A stretch of 61,300 bases of DNA, counting the filler, from Basidiobolus ranarum (Eukaryota): assembly GCA_040143965.1 (NCBI GenBank). It is 13 parts of 13 records of this genome, joined end to end, with 100 filler letters (N's around TTAATTAATTAA, not from the genome) between each part and the next. Parts side by side here need not be neighbours in the genome. Positions count along the whole stretch, not along the records: positions 1 to 4,641 come from JASJQH010008758.1; positions 4,742 to 9,379 come from JASJQH010008759.1; positions 9,480 to 14,116 come from JASJQH010008760.1; 10 more parts are not named here. One strand, 5' to 3'. Made by a program: the position numbers and the translations under genes. Positions within the stretch are counted from its first letter, which is position 1. The number at the start of each line of letters is the position of its first letter. Under the pieces are notes generated by a model, which searched no databases, was not told the origin of the DNA, and saw nothing but the letters and a program-made list of their open reading frames with translations. Shown piece after piece: positions 1 to 11,717 of this stretch.

Positions 1-2095
1 CTACCAGAATCTGTAAAATCTAGGTTTCTTTGAGAACATGTACAATCATGCAATTGCATTGGCTCTGGATGGTTTCTTGCCAAAAAAATATACCATTGGA
101 AAAGCTTGCTGGCCAATAAATTTAATTGACTTAAATTTTCCTCCTTCTTAATGGTATAAGAGTCAAAATATTTTGATACTATCCATCATATCTGGACTTA
201 AATCACCAGTGCTTATAGATAGCTTCTTGGAGCCTTTGATTGCAGCATTTGAACAATTATCTAATGGAGTTCAGATGGGCAAATGTTTTATTGTAGCTAA
301 AATCACTGTATGTATTGGTGACACTTCTGCCATTGGCAAACTTGGAGGCTTTTTGAGCACAATGCGCTATCTTGCAGTAGATTTTGTCAAATCAATGGAG
401 TCTACTCAATCAGATATATACATTGCTACTATCCAAATAAAAACTAAACTCTATAATTTTACCATTGAGAGCCCAGTCAGATTTCAACATGATCACTGAT
501 ATCAATTCATCAAATGGTCAGTCTTACATCAAACTTGGTATTAGCCATAAGCCTAAGATTATATTGATAAAGGGGATCAGCTGGAGCCAGAGCTTCCCAT
601 TAGGCACTATGCACTTACTATTCAACTACATTCCAATTCTACTTACGCAGCTATATAGTGGAAAATTCAATATGAATGAGCCATTTTAGATAGGATCAAA
701 GTTTGAGTCAATTGGGAATATGCTGATGAATGTCAAGATATCATCATATTTTACCAGGACTCCCATTAATATCCACTCATCTAGGTATATATTTAAATTG
801 CCAATACTGGATTTATTGGACTTGTATGGATATATAAATGGAATCTTGAAATGATTTCTGCCTGATCAGTATTGGCAACATTGCAGTTGTTTGTCAATAT
901 TCTTAATATATTCTTACAGCAGCAACTCACATTTGCAGATCTCAGGCAGATACAGTGACTCTGCAAAGATTTTGTAATCGGATATGAAGAACTTTATTAC
1001 TGGATTAAAGAAGACAGGCTGAATCTATACTTGTATTTAATACATTCCCAGCTGCATCTTTCACAATACTTAGAGATTATAGGCCCTTGCTCTACATTCT
1101 GGGAGTTTCCAATGGAGCACACCTTTGGTGAAATGATGATCCATGTAAAGTTGTCAGTATTACTGTATGCTAATCTGATTAACAGTTTATCCACAAAATC
1201 AGTGATGGATGTAATGCCATGGGTCAAGGAGACTCCAGAGTATACTAACCTTACAACAAAGGGCTCTTTTCAACAGGCTCATGGGTTTTAGCATTGTTTG
1301 AACACAATAACAGCAACAAAGCCCAGTCCATGGACACAGAGTAGGTTCCTCTATAATTTGGACTAATTTGTTTGTGTAATAATCTCATGGTATTTCTAAC
1401 AAAGCTGCAAGACAGACTTCTTGGTGAGAAAGATAGAGATATGCAGTATTGTCATTTTAGCCATGGGGTAATCTATTCAAACCATGACACATCTACTTGT
1501 GGCAGGACATTTATTGACTGCAAGTGGGGGATATATTTGCTGAATTCTTGATGGAAATTTGCCAACATGCAAGAGCTTATTCTCATTGTGAATGGTAACA
1601 AGAGTCAGTTATTTGCCAAGTATCAGTATTATTCAAAATTTCAGATGTTTAGCAATTTTTCCACCATTAGTTTGCTGGTAAAGCATATTGATATTATTGA
1701 GTTATGTCTGATCAGTCATATATGTGCATATGTAGAGACTAAACAGAACAAGATTTTCTTGTTTTTTGATTCTCATTAGGGCTGGAATACAAAGCCCAAA
1801 ATATCTAAATAAAGGTATGCATATTAACTTGAATTCCTAGAGCAGAAACCAGTAATTTGCCATTCAAAAGTTATTTTTTTGCAAAAATTGCTGGAAATTA
1901 ATAATGAATGCCAAATATGAGGATTAATACTTTAATATATACAAATACCATCAAAATACCTTCAAGAAACCACTGTCACACCATCAAAATCTCTGGCAGA
2001 ATGCAAGCCACCAATATTGTGATGGTTCTCTAATGGCTTCACAATTTAGAAAGGTGGATCCAATCCCGATCACATTGATTTAATTTTTGTTAGGG
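1..2095 (+). mobile_element. Degenerate CACTA/En-Spm (CMC) DNA transposon, 3' part with right terminus
   Basis: Frameshifted Tnp2-like motifs: GLDGF..CWPINL..NFPP, IISGLKSP..IDSFLEPL, GDTSAIGKLGGF, FPLGTMHLLFN, HSQLHLSQYLEIIGP..FWEFPMEHTFG. Similarity to the second copy ends at TTTTTGTTAGGG (2084-2095). Confidence 0.8.
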
Positions 2096-2293
2096 CATAG
2101 TTGTATCAAATTGGCTAAAAATATCACATTTCATAATAGAAGCAAACATATAGATATTAAGCATCACCTCATTGGAGAGATTATAGAGAATCAGTTTATT
2201 CAACCAACTTATTGCTCTACTGAAATCATGATTGCTGATATATTAACCAAACCATTAGGTAGACAGAAATTTGAGAAACTTAGTCTCTGTTAG
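2096..2293 (+). pseudogene. Ty1/copia pol C-terminus (RNase H) remnant
   Basis: SCIKLAKNITFHNRSKHIDIKHH...YCSTEIMIADILTKPLGRQKFEKL is the copia RNase H end; followed by a purine-rich PPT-like tract (AGTTGATGGAGAG) and an LTR. Confidence 0.85.
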
Positions 2294-2327
2294 GATTGGT
2301 TTATGTGACTATTTAGTTGATGGAGAG

Positions 2328-2665
2328 CTTTAAAGTTAACATTACCTAAACACCAATATAGTTTAGTACTTAGTTATGTTATAATTCACTCAGATATTTT
2401 CCATTATTCTCAATTGGTATCTACTTGGAATATTTTTACCCACTTAGAAGTTTTTAGATATATGGATTTTTCAAACTTGTGCTAGAAGCCTCAAACTTTG
2501 CACACATGTTCCTGGGATCTCCCTTATCACACTTTACATGTTAGTTTGTTTACATCTTGACAGTACTACAAATGTTAACTTTCTACTCAAAAAATCAATA
2601 ATTGATGACCACCAATATCTCTGTTTCTCTAAACAACTTCCAACCAGCTCCCAAATACGTTAACA
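2328..2665 (+). mobile_element. 3' LTR of copia element (reference copy of the ~340-bp LTR family)
   Basis: Directly follows RNase H and PPT; ends ...CTCCCAAATACGTTAACA; similar to copies at 9625, 16059, 30262, 39646, 53180. Confidence 0.75.
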
Positions 2666-2669
2666 AGTA

Positions 2670-2870
2670 GCTTATGATTAGCTACATTCCCAGAAAACTA
2701 TGGATAAGCACATGTGCAAGTAACAAAACTCAAATGTTACACATTCACCACTTGAATGGTGTTCTGTCACCTTTGAAATTCCTAGTTTTTTTTGATATAC
2801 TCCACTGTATAGTTATATAGAGTTCTTCACACCCAAGATTTATCTCATATGCAACACAAGTCTGTAACAA
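2670..2870 (-). repeat. Fragment of unclassified repeat family X
   Basis: Matches 36345-36540 and 57365-57560 (gattagctaca..cccagaaaactatgg..cacatgtgc..tgtcacctttgaaa). Confidence 0.7.
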
Positions 2871-2932
2871 TCTCTCCATCAAAGCCAACCATTGGACTAA
2901 TGTTGCCAAATCAACATTCTTCCTGCTATCTG

Positions 2933-3436
2933 GAGCTTGTTCTCATTGTGAATGGTAACAAGAGTCAGCTATTTGCCAAGTGTCAGTGCTATTCCAAATT
3001 TTAGAAGTTTAGCGATTTCTGAACCATTAGTTTGCTAGTAAAGCATATTGATGTTGTTGAGTTATGACTAATCAGTCAAATATGTGCATATGTAGAGACT
3101 AAACACAATGAGATTCTTGTACTTTTTGATTCTCATTATGGCTGGAATACAAAGCCTAGAATAACTAAATAAAGGCATGCATATTAATTTGAATTCCTAC
3201 AGCAGTAAACTCAATAATTTGCCATTCAAAAATTATATTTTTTCAAAAGTTGTTGGATATTAAATAATGCATGCCAAATTTGAAGATCAACATTTCAACA
3301 TGCATGAAAGCCATCAACAAACCACCATCACACCATCCAAATCCCTGGCAGAATGCAAGCCACCAATATTGTGACCATTTTGCTATTTTGGAGGGTGGAA
3401 CTGATCCAGATCAAATCAATTTTATTTTTGTTAGGG
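2933..3436 (+). mobile_element. Second copy of the CACTA/CMC 3' end
   Basis: Direct repeat of ~1574-2095, ending at the same TTTTTGTTAGGG (3425-3436). Confidence 0.8.
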
Positions 3437-4112
3437 ATAGCAAGGGCCTATATTCTCTAAGTATTGTGAAGATACAGCAGAGTATGTATTGAACACTGGC
3501 ATAGATTCAGTCTATCTACTTTAAACCTGTAATAAAGTTTTACATAGCCAACTATAAAATCTTTGCACACTCACTGTATCTGTCTGAGATCTGCCAATAT
3601 GAGTTGATGCCTTATGAATATATTAACAATATTGACAAACAACTCCCAATGTTGCTAATAATTATCAGACAGAAATCTTTTCAAGATTACCTATGAATAT
3701 ATACAAATCCAATACTTCCAGTCTTTGCATTTGAATAAATGCCTAGATGAGTAGATATTGATTGGAGTCCTGCTAAAGTATGATGGTATCTTGACATTTT
3801 CAAGCATATTCCCAATTGATTCAAACTTTGATCCTATCTTGAATGGCTCATTCATATTGATTTTTCCACTATATAGCTGAGTAAGTAGTATCAGAATGTT
3901 GTTAAATAGTGAGTGCATAGTGCCTAATGGGAAGCTCTGTCTCCAGCTGATCCCCTTTAGCAATATAATCTTGGGCTTATGGCTAACACTGAGTTTGATG
4001 TTAGACTAACTATTTGGTGAATTGATATCAGGGATCATGTTGAATTCTAACCAGGCTCTTGAAAGTAAAATCATGGAGTTTAGTGTTGTATTTGGATAGC
4101 AGTAATACATAT
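3437..4112 (-). pseudogene. Inverted CACTA transposase fragment
   Basis: Reverse-complement match to ~415-1090; ORF 3691-3963 (KGISWRQSFPLGTMHSLFN) parallels 465-689. Confidence 0.8.
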
Positions 4113-4416
4113 GCTTGTGAGTATTTCTTCTAGCCTCTGGCTTTCATAGCACAAGAATTTGTGACAATAACAGCAGGGCTTCTTTAATTGTTTGTGTTGA
4201 GGCATGAGAAGGATATTGTAGAAAAAAGAACACCTCCCACATAAGGGTGATGTTTTAGGTATAGCCTATCAATATCATCAGCTGATTCTGAGACAGTGTC
4301 ACAGATGAGTCATCAGGGGATTTATAAAATATTTCTGGTAATAGATGGTAACTTTGGTTTATTATAAGCTGTTTCTAAGCATTTTCATATACCAAGTTTA
4401 CCATCTGAAAATTTCA

Positions 4417-4641
4417 ATGCCATTCAAAAAGCATTCAAGATATAAATCAAAATCAGCTTCCAAGCCAAAGCCTGCTGGCACAAAAGGAAAAAAACCAGCA
4501 AGAACAGAGGATCTAATTGATGAGTAGTCTAGCAATCCACTATCCACTTTGGAAGGCATTAACATGCCAGAAACTAACTCAAGTAATGATGAAGCATTAA
4601 TCAATTTACTAGAAGTGTTCCGATCCAGCAATAGTGCAAGT
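4417..4641 (+). repeat. Repeat family X, start of putative ORF (MPFKKHSRY...KKPARTEDLIDE)
   Basis: Matches 57760-57915 and 24420-24580. Confidence 0.65.
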
Positions 4642-4741
4642 NNNNNNNNNNNNNNNNNNNNNNNNNNNNNNNNNNNNNNNNNNNNTTAATTAATTAANNN
4701 NNNNNNNNNNNNNNNNNNNNNNNNNNNNNNNNNNNNNNNNN
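4642..4741. other. Artificial contig linker (first of 12)
   Basis: N44-TTAATTAATTAA-N44, with stops in all six frames. Others at 9380, 14117, 18852, 23582, 28310, 33033, 37752, 42467, 47179, 51890, 56598 (100 nt each). Confidence 0.99.
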
Positions 4742-4879
4742 CTGAAGATAAAGCTTTCACCAGAGGAGCTGACTACCATCCACCAGTTAGCTAAAGCAGA
4801 AGATTCGGATATTTTGGGCACTCGGTATGCCGCCGAGTTTAATAAGGATCTGTATTTAGACACTCCTGAATTGGAATAA
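4742..4879 (+). CDS. Aldo-keto reductase C-terminus (AKR13/YakC-like), 5'-truncated
   Basis: Own translation from the contig edge: LKIKLSPEELTTIHQLAKAEDSDILGTRYAAEFNKDLYLDTPELE*, resembling the L.L+PEE...G.RY...DTP.L ending of these AKRs. Confidence 0.6.
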   Translation: MKIKLSPEELTTIHQLAKAEDSDILGTRYAAEFNKDLYLDTPELE

Positions 4880-6625
4880 GGATAGTAAACGTAACCTTTG
4901 TTGCTACTCCCATTAAATAAAACATCAGTTATTATTAAAACTTATTATCCTTATATCTATATATATTATAGCTGATGGCTAGTTCATTTTCTTGAAAGTA
5001 TTTTACAATGACAGCGTTTCTGTAGTTACTACATGTTTCAATTTCATATCTAACACACAGCGTAATCTAAGTCCCAATAACAGTCTCTGACATTATGAAG
5101 GTGATTACACTCAGTGATGCTACTTTTATTTGTGTCTAGTAGTACCATTTATGTCTACATCAGAGCCCCCATACTTTACTTGAACTAACACAGGCTATAT
5201 TTAATCATAATATTCTTACAGTCTCTATAATAAGTATGTGAACCTTAACCCTGATATCTACCTCTGATTCTAACTAGTAAATAGATCCTAAGCAAAGTGC
5301 CATGGATTCTAAATTTCTTCAGTACCTAGAGAGCCAGCATTGCTGGTCAACATTCAAACGTCAGCCAATGCTAAATTTCAGTATGTAGTGTATACACCAT
5401 TATTGATAACGCCTTCGGAAAAGTACTTTCCAATATTCAAATATGTTCGATACCAAAATTCCCATTTGAAATTTACTCAAAAAATGAACCTGCCATATCG
5501 GTTAAACATGCCATATATTTAGAAATAGTTCTAACCAGCTGTAATACAATTCGATGATGTAGTGGTGCTTAACAATTAACTCTAAGTTGAAGGTGGATCT
5601 GTTCATAAAGAGTGATTTTCTTAGTGATACTTCGATTATGTATATAGTATCTGGAGAGAGATACAAAGTATATGCTTTCATGGGTATCTAGCACCTTTAG
5701 ATCACCAAAGTAACTATGAATAATCGGGAACATGTAGATTAGACATTCTCCAACTTTGACTTCTGTATATATCCCATTGATAATGATTATTATAAATCAA
5801 CGCTACATAGAATCTAGGGTTAGGGCGTGTCAATAAACACGTATAAATAAACATGGACATGTGTTACATTTCGCCTTATCACCAAATGCAATACAATATT
5901 ACTTGGAGCATCAGAAAGGGAATGTGGAATATTCTATGGCAATGCTTGCTCACAGTATATACACTGAGCCACTGCATAGTACTAGAGATCGAATTACAAT
6001 AAAATGCTATTGTATTGGTGGTAGCCAAGGTTGTAGTGGCCGATTTGCTGAAAATCCTGATCATCATTTCGTTTATCCAGTGCCTAATTCAGGTTGTTAA
6101 AATGCAAGGTAAATTGGTGGTAGATGGCTTGATGTATGTATTTCTACCTGATGATTATTTCTTCAGCCAACCATGGGTCATGCAAAAGCTACCGAATACT
6201 TGAAATACTATTTTTCTCCTCTTCACATGCTAATAACAAGCCACATTGGCGACAGCCACCTAAGTTTGTGACCCGGTGATGCTTCCTTGTATATTTCTAG
6301 ACTTAGTTCTTGAAAGTGTCATAGGCAGTGACGATAAACTGTGGTTACTGAATGAAGCTAATCTTGTGAGATACTAGCAGTGTGGACCTAGTATCAGATT
6401 GCCAGATAATGCCATTCACAAAAGAAAATTCCCATCAGGGGAAACCCAAGTAGATTATGACTGCTTCCATTACAATGATAGGGTAATACACGCACACCAG
6501 ACTATCACAAGCAAAAATACCTAAAAGGGTATTGAAACCCCTACCGTTGCGGCAAGTTTCTGGGTAATTGTCTACCCTCATTCCATCCATAGAGTAGTGT
6601 GCTCTATCTTCAACTGTAAGAAAAG

Positions 6626-6633
6626 TATATAAA
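6626..6633 (+). promoter_or_regulatory. TATA box of lipase gene
   Basis: TATATAAA about 40 nt upstream of ATG 6667. Confidence 0.5.
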
Positions 6634-6666
6634 CAGCAATGGCCATTAGCTAGTCTTCACTTAACA

Positions 6667-7761
6667 ATGTTATCACACAGCTTGTACCTTCTTTTCTTTG
6701 GCTTAGCTGCCTCATTCCCTTGGGGAGACTTGGACCCCAAGCCAGCTGATCCTTATATCCCAGTTGAGAGCTCCGTTCTGTCGATGCTAAAGACCTCAGC
6801 CAAGTATGCATCAGCTGCCTATTGTCGGGAAGACCAACTTGTAGATTGGTCTTGTGGATTTCGCTGCGTCGGTAACCTCAACGTTACTACCTACTTTTCA
6901 AATAGTAGTACCGATATGGCAGGATATGTCGGGTATAACCAACAAGATAAACTGATCGTTGTAAGTTATAGAGGGTAAGTTACTTTAAAATTAATGCTGT
7001 GTATGGCACCACTTACTAATGAGGAAAAACCTCAGAACTGCCAATCTAGAAAATTGTCTTATGGACATAGACTATCTCCCTCGGTCATTTGTATACCCCA
7101 AGGCGTATCCTAACACTAAGGTTCATCGTGGATTCTACGAAACTTATACTAGTGTTGAGCCCCAAGTTAAAGCTGGGCTAGCAAAGACCCTTTCTATCAT
7201 TGGTGATGATTCTTCAGATTACGAAATTCTTGTTACTGGACACTCTTTGGTAAGGAACTGTACAATCATTGGATCAGGAACCAGATTCTTATAGTTTTCT
7301 CAATTTAGGGAGCGGCTGTTGCTACTTTTGGAGCCTTGGATATCAAGAGAATATATCTTAATCCAGAGCATGAAGAGGCTTTTAATCCTTCATTGTTGAA
7401 TATTGTGGATGCGAATAAAGTTCGCTTACATAACTACGGATCCCCTAGAGTTGGCGACGCAGCCTTTGCAGCATTGGCCTATTCCACACTTACCAATGGT
7501 GATAATGACTTTGATAAGATTTGCCGCGTCACCAACCATAATGATATTGTACCAAGAGTTCCCCCGGAATTCTTTGGCTTCCTTCACACTCCTCATGAAA
7601 TATGGATCAATTTCGATCAAGTTACTGTTGATTGCCATGATATAGTCAATGGCACTATTGTTGAAGATCCAAATTGTAATGCTGGACAGTTCCCTATGAG
7701 TATAGCTGCTCATCTCAAGTACTGGGATATAGATTTTGGAATAGGTTGCGATATATTTTAG
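6667..7761 (+). CDS. Secreted class-3 (Rhizomucor-type) lipase; exons 6667-6974, 7036-7249, 7309-7761 (324 aa)
   Basis: Signal peptide; splicing two GT-AG introns restores SYRGT and GHSLG; also VHRGF, YGSPRVG, HNDIVPRVP and the terminal catalytic His (AHLKY). Confidence 0.93.
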
Positions 7762-9624
7762 TTTTGTTACCAAGTAAATAAATCCATTTGCTCAGCTAAT
7801 AACAGTATTTAACGTAATATAACTGATAAGTATTGTAATTAAAGTTTTTAAGAGTTTCATCGCCAGAGTTGATGCGCTTCTAACATCATCTAATATATAC
7901 ATATATGGTGAAGAATGTTAAATAATGGGGTTAGAGTTCGGGTTAATCCAAATCCATACTTTCTAAGCCACTTTGGGGAGGTGAGTTATTAAATAGCAAT
8001 TCTATTTGTTCTTAGCTTAACTTAGTTTATCAATCCATTGATTTCGAGATATCCCGAAAGAATCCTTATCAATTTCCTTTTCCTTGGCCCGTTTGTTGTT
8101 TCTTTTTAGAGCAAGTATTCTTGTCTGATAGCTTTTTCAAGAGGCCATTTACATTTTGAAAGGTGACGAGTACAAGTACGATCCGACTACGGAAATGGTT
8201 TTATCGGATGTACACTAATAAAGAACACTGGGCCCATACACTAGTAACTAATTACTCAGTACTACCAAGTCAATGAATTTCATGCGACCATATGGGGATC
8301 AGACCTAGTCGTAGGTTGTATGGATGGCCAAATTTCTTAATTCTCAGTGTAATTTCTGCCTTAACTACTCAATTGATTGCCGCTTAATCAGAATAAATAG
8401 CATCTATGAAGTAGTCACTGACAGATAGTTAAGTTATATAAAGTTATGAGCTACAATTCATAGGATGTTTTCAGTAAGCTGAGAATGTAATCAGAAAATC
8501 AAGCTGGCGAACCTCATATAGTAGTACTTCTGCTGAACAAGGTTTTTACACAGTGAACTTGTATCAATGTATGTTGATTTTTGTAAACTTAAGAGGCTTT
8601 TCTCAAGTGAAATTATTCAAAGCTTACATCTTTTACTGCCCTCGGAAGTATACTGATACAAAATTCAACAAAACCCCAATATCCTTTGTCACCACATACC
8701 AATCCTGTTGCCATACATAGTTATCATATCGAGATTAACTCATATCAAGATCAGATCCGGAATATATCATTTATTAATTAAATATATAATTATTAATTCG
8801 GATCGTCTAATCGAACTGACCTAGCCTTTTATAGTTGTAGTTGGGTCACTTGATTTTAATCATTATCTTGAGTTTACTCACCTCGTCCAATGGGTAAAAT
8901 AGCAGCATGATTAATTACCGACACTCAAACCGCTAAATGGGTATTTTAGTAACCACAATGTGTATATACGTGCCTTTAACAGAAATGACTCAACAGTCTA
9001 TTTTCCAGAACTCGTGAATATGAGGCACGATGCGCATTTACTCAATAAGAAGTATTTAATTACAATTTCTAGTTCATATTATTCTAAAGACAACGTACCT
9101 GTGAGCCATTGCAATGGTATTAAATAAATCTCCATCATTTTTTAGCAGTGAAAGTAAATACTATAATTCTGTTTTCCAATCCCCTGACGAACTTACTTAG
9201 GGCTACCCTAACTTATCAAGGTTCCTATGGTATCTATTCAGGGTACAAATGATGATATGAGATTACGTTCCTTCCATCATCAGACGTTCTATAAATCATT
9301 TTGAATAAGGTCAAGTCTAGATACATCTATTCAAAGCCACGTTTAGGCCACGAAAAAACTACTGAGTTTGTTTTCCAAANNNNNNNNNNNNNNNNNNNNN
9401 NNNNNNNNNNNNNNNNNNNNNNNTTAATTAATTAANNNNNNNNNNNNNNNNNNNNNNNNNNNNNNNNNNNNNNNNNNNNCAATTGATGCAAAACTAACAG
9501 AAGAATTGGTAACTCAAAATATGCAAGCTTGGGTACAAGATGCACTCATATTTCACCATCAAAACAATACTCAAATGAGATATGGAAACTGTATATTTAT
9601 TTAGGTGCTTAACCATGGAAATTC

Positions 9625-9973
9625 TGTTCTAGTATTTTGGGAGGCTGTTGGAAGTGGTTTGAAGAACTAGAGAAATTGTTGGCTCTCACTTATTAATTTA
9701 TTGAGTATTCAGTTGACATTTATAGTTTTGTCAAGATGTAAGCAGACTAACATGTAGAATGTGTTAAAGAAGGTCCCAGGAGCATGTGTGCAAAGTTTGG
9801 GGCTTCTAGCACAAGTTTGAAAAATATATATATCTGAGAACTTCTAAGTTGGCAAAAATATTCCAAGTAAATTCCTTTTGAGAATAATGGGTGATATCTT
9901 GGTGGAATATAGGATAACTAAATACTAAGCTATTTATCACTATATAGGTGTTTAGACAATCCTAATTTTAATA
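9625..9973 (-). mobile_element. Solo copia LTR with 5-bp TSD
   Basis: Full-length family copy; AATTC at 9620-9624 and 9974-9978. Confidence 0.85.
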
Positions 9974-10149
9974 AATTCTTCATTGTAAATATTTAAGTGG
10001 ATTGCAATAGGATTGAAAGAATTCCTTCTCTATGTTTGGAAATAATCGCCAGAACAATTGCATCTGTCTTCATGATGAATTTACTATTAGAATCAACAGC
10101 TTCATTAGCCACAATCACTTGCTCTATCATAACCAGAATGCAATCGGCG

Positions 10150-10600
10150 TTATCTACTAGAAATCACTCTATCGATTTGCCATTATTTCGTGTGGCTGGA
10201 TTGGACGACGGTCGTGTGGATGGTCAAATAGGTTATACGCACATTCAAACACTACTAGTCATGATCACCCCGACGTTTGAGTTTCTAACAATGGAAAACA
10301 AAGGCAATGGAAGACATGATTGTATAACCAGTTTAGATGGTGATCCTTTCAAAAGATTCAACAGGAGATATTAGGCATGTCCTAAATCCTTTTTTTCAAT
10401 ATGGTTCGCAATATTCCAGCAGAAATTCAGGTATACTGGACACATTGTTCAAGACAATGTTCCTAGTAAACCACATTGTAATGAGATTTTACAGATCTGT
10501 AGCGACAATGGGTTTAGCCAAAATCCAGAAATCTTGAGTAGTGTTGTCAATGGCTATATTGCTGTGATTTGGGATCTGAAAAGCTTCTATTTTTTAAGCC
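10150..10600 (+). pseudogene. Possible decayed WD40-repeat (Sec31-like) gene
   Basis: Interrupted frame with VAGLDDGRV, GRHDCITSLDGDPF and VVNGYIAVIWDLKS; contains a stop. Motif resemblance only. Confidence 0.25.
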
Positions 10601-11598
10601 AACATCCATTTGAAGACAAATAACTTGATTTCGCAGTTTTATCCTTTTCTACAATGTTGCTGCGAATATAATATCAGTGAATTAAAATCAGATAGTGGAA
10701 ATGATAAAGTGGGCAAACATCTCACGTTGATAACTATTCCACTTCCATTGGTAGATTTAGAGATCATCCACAAAGGATTGACTGTTATGTACGGCTTGAA
10801 GGGGTGTTGCAGATGTATGTATTATCCAATTTCAGAAATATCACCTACACCAAATAAAATTTTTCTACGGGTGCATTCGAAGATTGACTACACGGCGAAA
10901 TAACTTACTATTCTTCAACGGGATCTTTCTATCTATCGATGCCAACCTGAGTTAAGAACTAGTTCGAATATTAACATGTGGCTACAAAGCCTGTAGACTT
11001 AGAGCTGTTGGGTCAAGAATGGGTCTTCCTTTGGTACCAAAAGTCGGTTTCAACATAATATATGATTTCCAGTGATTCTCTCCAATAAGGCATTGCGTTA
11101 GGGTGGATCATTGATTAGGCCATCAACTGGTCACTAACATAGCGAATCAATCATTACGGTAGGAATAATTACTTTGAATCCAGCAAAATTTCGGTTTCGA
11201 TCACTCACGTCATGGCGCCTAAATCTATATCACTGTGAAATACCTTACAGGATACTGTCAAAGAGAATATCAAGAGATATCTATATACGGCAAGGCACTA
11301 TTCTCTAGTCAATCGGTCTCCCCCCAATATTTAGTAAATATTAGATTTCCAATCAAGTCCACGAGAGAAATTTCCAATTTGTAATTCACTTTATTACTCT
11401 AGTGTGATATACCTTTCAGTTCCACCCTTGGTCGCTCTATCCAGAAAAATCAGATACGAAACCCGAACTAAAGGCAATGAGTTATAACTTGACAAATTAA
11501 CTCTCCAACCAATCTGGAGTCTTGAATTTAATGGCTTATTTACCAGTGTACTTTGGAACGTTAAGTCATTCGAAGACATCTTCCTAGGGTGTGAGGAG

Positions 11599-11607
11599 TA
11601 TATAAAA
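11599..11607 (+). promoter_or_regulatory. TATA box upstream of chitosanase
   Basis: TATATAAAA about 110-120 nt upstream of ATG 11718. Confidence 0.45.
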
Positions 11608-11717
11608 CACCGTCTTTAAGAAACTAGAATGCATTATCTCATCTCGACGCGTTCTATTCCTTAAATACTTTTAGTACAGTTTTTACCTGACAGAAAGTCA
11701 ACTCTTAACCCTAAACC

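Noticed and set aside
4686-4697. Regularly spaced TTAATTAATTAA palindromes as a biological array or CRISPR-like repeat
   Set aside because: Always centred in N runs; an artificial six-frame-stop linker.
5815-5825. TAGGGTTAGGG and similar short motifs (~11707, ~38023, ~46458) as telomere or telo-box
   Set aside because: Two units or fewer, internal, no consistent position relative to genes.
7403-7773. Overlapping or antisense ORFs on real genes (also 12269-12655, 28551-28931, 48742-49054)
   Set aside because: Shadow frames of well-supported CDSs with no motifs of their own.
8748-8808. AT-rich imperfect hairpin GATCCG...CGGATC
   Set aside because: Short arms, single occurrence, no supporting context.
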